DNA of 62,976 nt, the filler included, from Pelomyxa schiedti (lineage: Eukaryota; Protista; Evosea), in assembly GCA_020536535.1 (NCBI GenBank). It is 15 parts of 15 records of this genome, joined end to end, with 100 filler letters (N's around TTAATTAATTAA, not from the genome) between each part and the next. Parts side by side here need not be neighbours in the genome. Positions count along the whole stretch, not along the records: positions 56,230 to 62,976 come from JAHLWZ010001397.1; 14 more parts are not named here. One strand, given 5' to 3'. The position numbers were made by a program, and so were the translations under genes. The notes beneath the pieces were generated by a model that was not told the origin of the DNA, searched no databases, and saw nothing but the letters and a program-made list of their open reading frames with translations. Numbering within the stretch: the first letter of the stretch is position 1; each line of letters begins with the position of its first letter. This document shows, one piece after another, positions 57,867 to 62,976 of the stretch.

Positions 57867-59514
57867 TTACTCTTTCTTCTTTGCCAACATTTCATCAACA
57901 GAATACTTCCCAACACCATACTGGGCCAACAAATACAGCCCACCAGCAACACCAAGGTTTACAAGAAAATGGTCCCTGGCGTGCACTGTATATTTCTCAC
58001 CAAGGCTTGTTGCCCAGAACCGCCAATATGTAAATGCCTCAGTTACAAGCCTGCACAGGATAAAGGCTTTGGTTAGAAATATAAATTTTACATGGAATGT
58101 GCATACAGAGAAGCCAGTGCTAGGGCCGTTATCGTTGCTTTGTAACCGACTGCAAAGGGTAGTGCAATTAATGCTTCAAACAGTTTTAGCCACATTTGGT
58201 TGTGGCCATCTCCGGGAACATATGTTCGTACATTGAATTGTTCTGGATGTGTCCGCATCCACTACAACATAAGTTTAGCAGCATTTGAGAGGTGGCATAA
58301 ACACCTGTCGTAGAATCTCGCCATAGCCAACAAAGAGGAAAAGGCCAGAAATTAGAGCTCGAACAATGAGTAAAACAACAGATGTTGCCTGTGAAACGTG
58401 GTACCGTGGCTCATCTGGACCTATCAGACCCTTCAATGCCCTGGAATAACAAATGAGTGAGCCAAATGTAAGGGAAAAAGAGGGAACCGTTGGGTTATAT
58501 CAACTTTTTTCTTAAAATGCGGCTCATTGACGAGCACCATAATTATACAACCAAGCATAGAAAGCTTTTTGGTCATCAATTCATTAATGTACAAGGAATT
58601 GCCCAGGAATAGCCACTGCAAAACTGATTGAATAATGGCCGGGTAATAAAAGAAGGAAAACCTGAAAGAGCCGAGAGATAATTATACTGCCAGCATCAAG
58701 GCCCGCCAGAAGAGCTAAAACAACACCAAAACCCCAGTATTGTGGAGCAAATGCCAGCATGCAAGCGCACACAATAAGTGGAATGGCGGTCAAGGGAAAC
58801 ATCCCCGCTGATTGCACTTGTTGCTGCACAAGATAAGTAATTCTTAACACCCATTTTATCGTTCCATGAATCACATATCAATTCCACAACAAACACAAAA
58901 TCACACAAGAACGAAGAAACTTTATATATAAATATCTCCCATTTTATCTTCGCATATCTCGTATCTCGTATCTCTATACACACAGACAGACAGACAGACA
59001 CACTCACGCACGCACGCACACACACCGGGACCGCTCCAGCCACGGCGGCGGGCTGGGCAATGAACGCCTTCACCCAGTGCACCAGGTAGCTGCCCCCCAG
59101 GTTGCCAAAGTACGCGCACACCGCCAGCTTGGCCAGCACGCCCAGCCCCCGCCACTCCCACACCACCCACAACGCCGTCTTGCGCCGCCGCTGCGCCGCC
59201 CGCGCCCACCACCCCCGCGCACGCTCCCACACCCCCACCCCCGCCTTGCCCGCCCCCCCCGCGCTGTACGACGAGGACGACGCGGACGCGGGGCGGGGCC
59301 CCGAGGAGGCCCCCCCGCCGTGTGTGGTCGTTGAGACGACGCCCCCTAGCGTGGACGAAGACGAGGGGTAGGACGACGAGGAGGAGGGCGACGATAGAAG
59401 CGGGGGCAGCAACGACGACGAGGAGGAGGAGGACGATGGGGGGGAAGAGGAGGAGGAGGAAGCACTGTCAGAGGAGTGGTGGTGGTACGACGACGATACC
59501 TGCCTGCCGTGCAT
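57867..59514 (-). CDS. SURF4: SURF4/Erv29 (DoxX-like) ER cargo receptor with Ser/His/Gly-rich N-terminus
   Basis: VVLLIVRALISGLFLFVG, NELMTKKLSMLGCIIMVL and RDHFLVNLGVAGGLYLL...GVGKYSVDEMLAKKKE*, with a C-terminal dilysine ER-retrieval motif. An alternative ATG lies at 59565. Confidence 0.78.
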
Positions 59515-60088
59515 GGTGTTGGTTGTGTGATGGTTCTCTTGCAATACTGGTTTCTTCTTCTGCACCTCGAACCTCCCACGTCATCGGGGTGNNNNNNNNN
59601 NNNNNNNNNNNNNNNNNNNNNNNNNNNNNNNNNNNNNNNNNNNNNNNNNNNNNNNNNNNNNNNNNNNNNNNNNNNNNNNNNNNNNNNNNNNGAGGAGTGG
59701 TGGTGGTACGACGACGATACCTGCCTGCCGTGCATGGTGTTGGTTGTGTGATGGTTCTCTTGCAATACTGGTTTCTTCTTCTGCACCTCGAACCTCCCAC
59801 GTCATCGGGGTGAGACAAAGGGGAGAAGCCCCCACTGGAGGGTCAGAAAGTTGTGTGTCCAGTGTCTGGAAACGAGTCGTTGTTCCTGTCTGTTCAGTAA
59901 GAATTGTGTTCCATCGACTTTATGAGAAGCATACTGTAAGGAGCCACTGTAAGTCTTACGTGGTGCACGCGAAATCTACTCCTAACCAATACATTAATGC
60001 CCTGCGACCAACTAACAGAGAAACCAAAGAAAAGGAAAAAGCAATCACTCTCATAATCTTATCTCACATCCAACGAGAGCATTGAGCA

Positions 60089-61803
60089 ATGAGCAGCACC
60101 GGAAGTGCGACAACGACACCACAAGGGGACGTAAATGAAGTGGACGAGGCAGTGAGCGTCGCGGTGAAGGCGGCGATGGCCGAAGTGGCAAGTCGCATCG
60201 ACGCCGAGAGGCGCAAGTTCGAGGCCGAGCTCGACGAAAAACGCAAGGAGATGGAGACGATGGCCGCCGCGGCTGCCATCGCACAAGTCCATGCTAAAAG
60301 TGGGCTCTTTTCCTTTGCAGTGTTGTCGTGGACTGCGTTGTTTGTGGGTTTTTTTTTGTGTGTTTTTTTTTTTTTTGCTAACGGTACGATAATACAGGAC
60401 AACAAGAAATTTGCCCAATAAAGCTTCCTCCACCAGAGCCAAAGTCAGCCAGTACGACGACGGGCGGTAGCACTGCCTCGCCGGCCAGCACCTCGACACC
60501 CACGCCAACTCCAACACCAACGCCAAAATCAACACCACCGCCGTCATGCCCTGGTAGTGCATCCCCTTCTGCGGGAACTGCTAGTGCTTGCGATGGTACC
60601 TTTCAACCCTCTTATCTTTACACTTACAAAGGACCAGGGTGCGCACAGAAGGGAAGTTGCGGCAAAAGTGGTTGTGGAGGTGGTGCTGCGGCAAGTCTAG
60701 CCGCACAGACTTTGAAGGGTGACATTGAATTCCGGCTTCAGCTTGTCGAGCACAAGATAGTTGTGATGTCTGGTAGGTTATATTAATATTATTATTATCA
60801 CTTGTTCGTGCTCACTCACTTTATAACAACAGGAAAAGGAGGAGTTGGCAAAAGTATGCTGGCGTGTCAGTTGGCAGTTTCCCTTGCTGAAAGAGGTTTC
60901 CTGGTATCTGATTTCTTGTTTGAAGCAAATTGGTCTCACCTGAGTCAAGGTTGGCATCTTGGACATCGATATCTGTGGTCCAAGTGTGCCCAAGATGCTT
61001 GGGGTTCCTCATACAGGGGCGTTTCAGGTATCTTATGTGGTGTCCAACTGTATTTGTCACACAACGACAGGATAGCACAGGAATCAAACCAATCCGCGTG
61101 AATGACCACCTAGTTGTTATGAGTGTTTCCTTCATGATGGAAAACCCAAATGAGGCTATTATTTGGAGAGGTCCCCGCAAGCAAGGACTCATTCAAGTAC
61201 ATGATTATTACCGAAATTATGTTCCTTACCTGTAACAGGTTTTCCTGAAAGATGTTGATTGGGGAGTCCTTGACTACTTGATCATTGATACCCCACCCGG
61301 GACCTCTGATGAGCACCTGTCCGTTGCTCAGAACTTGGCCACAATTGGCATTGATGGCGCGGTAATGCTACTGTTTTGTTTCGGTTTCTTACTGATCCAC
61401 TCCCTGCAGATAATTATTACAACCCCACAGGAGGTAGCAATTCACGCCGTTAGAAAGGAAATAGACTTCTGCCGAAAGTCCGGAATTCCAATCATCGGAC
61501 TGGTGGAGAATATGGATGGCGTGATGTGCCCAATGTGCCGAGCGCACTTGCCGGTCTTCAGCCCAACAACCGGTGGTGGCAAGACCCTCGCCACCGAGCA
61601 GAACATTCCCTTCCTTGGTGCAGTTCCCATTGATCCCTTACTCGGTAACTTCCCCTCTCCCCTCCCCCTTCCAACCGAATCTGACCACCACCGCAGCACT
61701 GAGCGGTGACACCGGCAAGCCGTACTCAGCCACAGACTCTCCAGTGAAACCCGCGTTGGCCAAGGTAGTGGACAACATCGTAGCAGCCACCAACACCCAC
61801 TAA
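60089..61803 (+). CDS. NBP35: Cytosolic Fe-S assembly scaffold Nbp35/NUBP1, multi-exon
   Basis: Spliced [24 protein letters not shown] fits CX13CX2CX5C. Also [43 protein letters not shown] and GAVPIDP. Confidence 0.9.
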
Positions 61804-62203
61804 TGAGGACCCAAACCAAACCAAAACAACACAACACAACCAAATCCACGGGATTTGACCTGGTCACCAACAAGCCCACAGGGGTCCCTTTCGTTGCATT
61901 TGATTCCAATCGTTTTTTGATGTAAATAGAAATTCAGAGAAGAGATTTCGAACTGACCGTGCTGTGAATGACGTCGGTACCAGTACCACCGAGGCCGAGA
62001 ACGAGGGTGATGACTCCTGAGGAGAGACTCAGGCAGTTCATTGGCCATGTGCGCCTGGCCGACTTGGACGTGGTGTGTAGTGGCTGATAATTATGGGTGC
62101 GCGTCGAGTGCTTTTGTTGTTACTTGTTACGGAATAGAATATAGTAGAGACACATAGAATATAGTGTAATATAATGAAATCACATCACTTATATACAAGA
62201 TAG

Positions 62204-62894
62204 ATGGTTGCGAGGCATGATGGAGAAGTGGTTGTGAGGTGTGCACCACTGGAGGGGGGCTGGTCTAGATGGTCAACAGGAAGTGCTCCTACTGTGAAGA
62301 ACACTGGGATTCTTCCGAAGGAGATAAACTACCTGGCTAGAATCCTGTGCCCGCCAAGGACAAAGGTTTCCTTCCGGCTGTCTATTTGGGCTTCTTTCTT
62401 TTTTTTTTTACTTCTAAATTAAATTTTTACTTATTTTTATTAGGCTTCTGCCGCTTTTGAAGGGAGTGGGGACTGGCCAGAGGGAACACTTCTGGGGAAC
62501 ATATCCTTGGACCCACTTCTGCAAATATGTGGATTTTTGGACAACAGGGCACTCCTGGCATTCCAGCTTGTTTGCAAAACATGGCGGAACTTCTTTGTGA
62601 GCAATGAGCAACAAGTAAGCCATCCCCCAATGATTGTAGAATGACCTGAGCGACGCAATGAAGATATTCTGCTTGGTTTGCTTTCACAACGGAATAAAAG
62701 AAGTTGGTGAAAGTGTGGACTGGAAAGAGCTTTACATTCAGAACTTCAGAAACAATCTTGAGCGTGAAATCTCCCTCGTTGCAAAATTTCCATCCTTTCC
62801 GATACGAGGGAAAAAGTACTTCACAACCAAAATATCTGAGGACTGTATTCATGGACTAGCGGTTGCCTCTTCTCATCCCGTTTTCTTTTCCTAA
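62204..62894 (+). CDS. F-box protein, multi-exon (exon structure tentative)
   Basis: LGNISLDPLLQICGFLDNRALLAFQLVCKTWRNF (F-box), followed by a ...VDWKELY motif. Confidence 0.65.
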
Positions 62895-62976
62895 CAAAAC
62901 AAAACAAAACAAAACAAAACAAAACAAAACAAAACAAAACAAAACAAAACAAAACAAAACAAAACAAAACAAAACA
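62894..62976. repeat. (AAAAC)n pentamer microsatellite
   Basis: Perfect tract running to the end of the window. Confidence 0.97.

Noticed and set aside
62894-62976. (AAAAC)n as a telomere
   Set aside because: It has no G/C-run telomeric character and directly follows a stop codon; a simple microsatellite at a contig end is more likely.

Overview
This is eukaryotic (protist) draft-assembly DNA, not one contiguous locus. Fourteen artificial linkers (about 44 N + TTAATTAATTAA + about 44 N; stops in all six frames) join 15 separate pieces. There are also nine plain 100-N gaps, at least six of them false joins with 81-121 bp duplicated on both sides. Short GT-AG introns, the gene families and fold-back chimeras suggest an amoebozoan such as the archamoeba Pelomyxa, sequenced from amplified single cells (inference, no search run). 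Conserved intron-rich genes: TRM6, a TPT-family sugar transporter, an LRR/dual-specificity phosphatase, a CCDC6-like protein, LZIC, SURF4, NBP35, an F-box protein, and fragments of an E2 enzyme and prolidase. Lineage-expanded content: two paralogous atypical kinases and about nine members of a mostly intronless family with a divergent F-box-like N-terminus. Mobile DNA: two Ty3/gypsy LTR retrotransposons, a chromovirus remnant and a dispersed repeat of about 1 kb. Best leads: (1) a spliced thioredoxin-fold (TlpA/redoxin-like) gene whose active site reads W-T-S-W-UGA-G-G-C-P, a probable selenoprotein; (2) a Ty3/gypsy element with gag and protease separated by one in-frame UGA and a short pro/pol overlap, resembling Dictyostelium Skipper; (3) a 129-nt near-perfect hairpin; (4) NBP35 with an N-terminal extension of about 120 aa.
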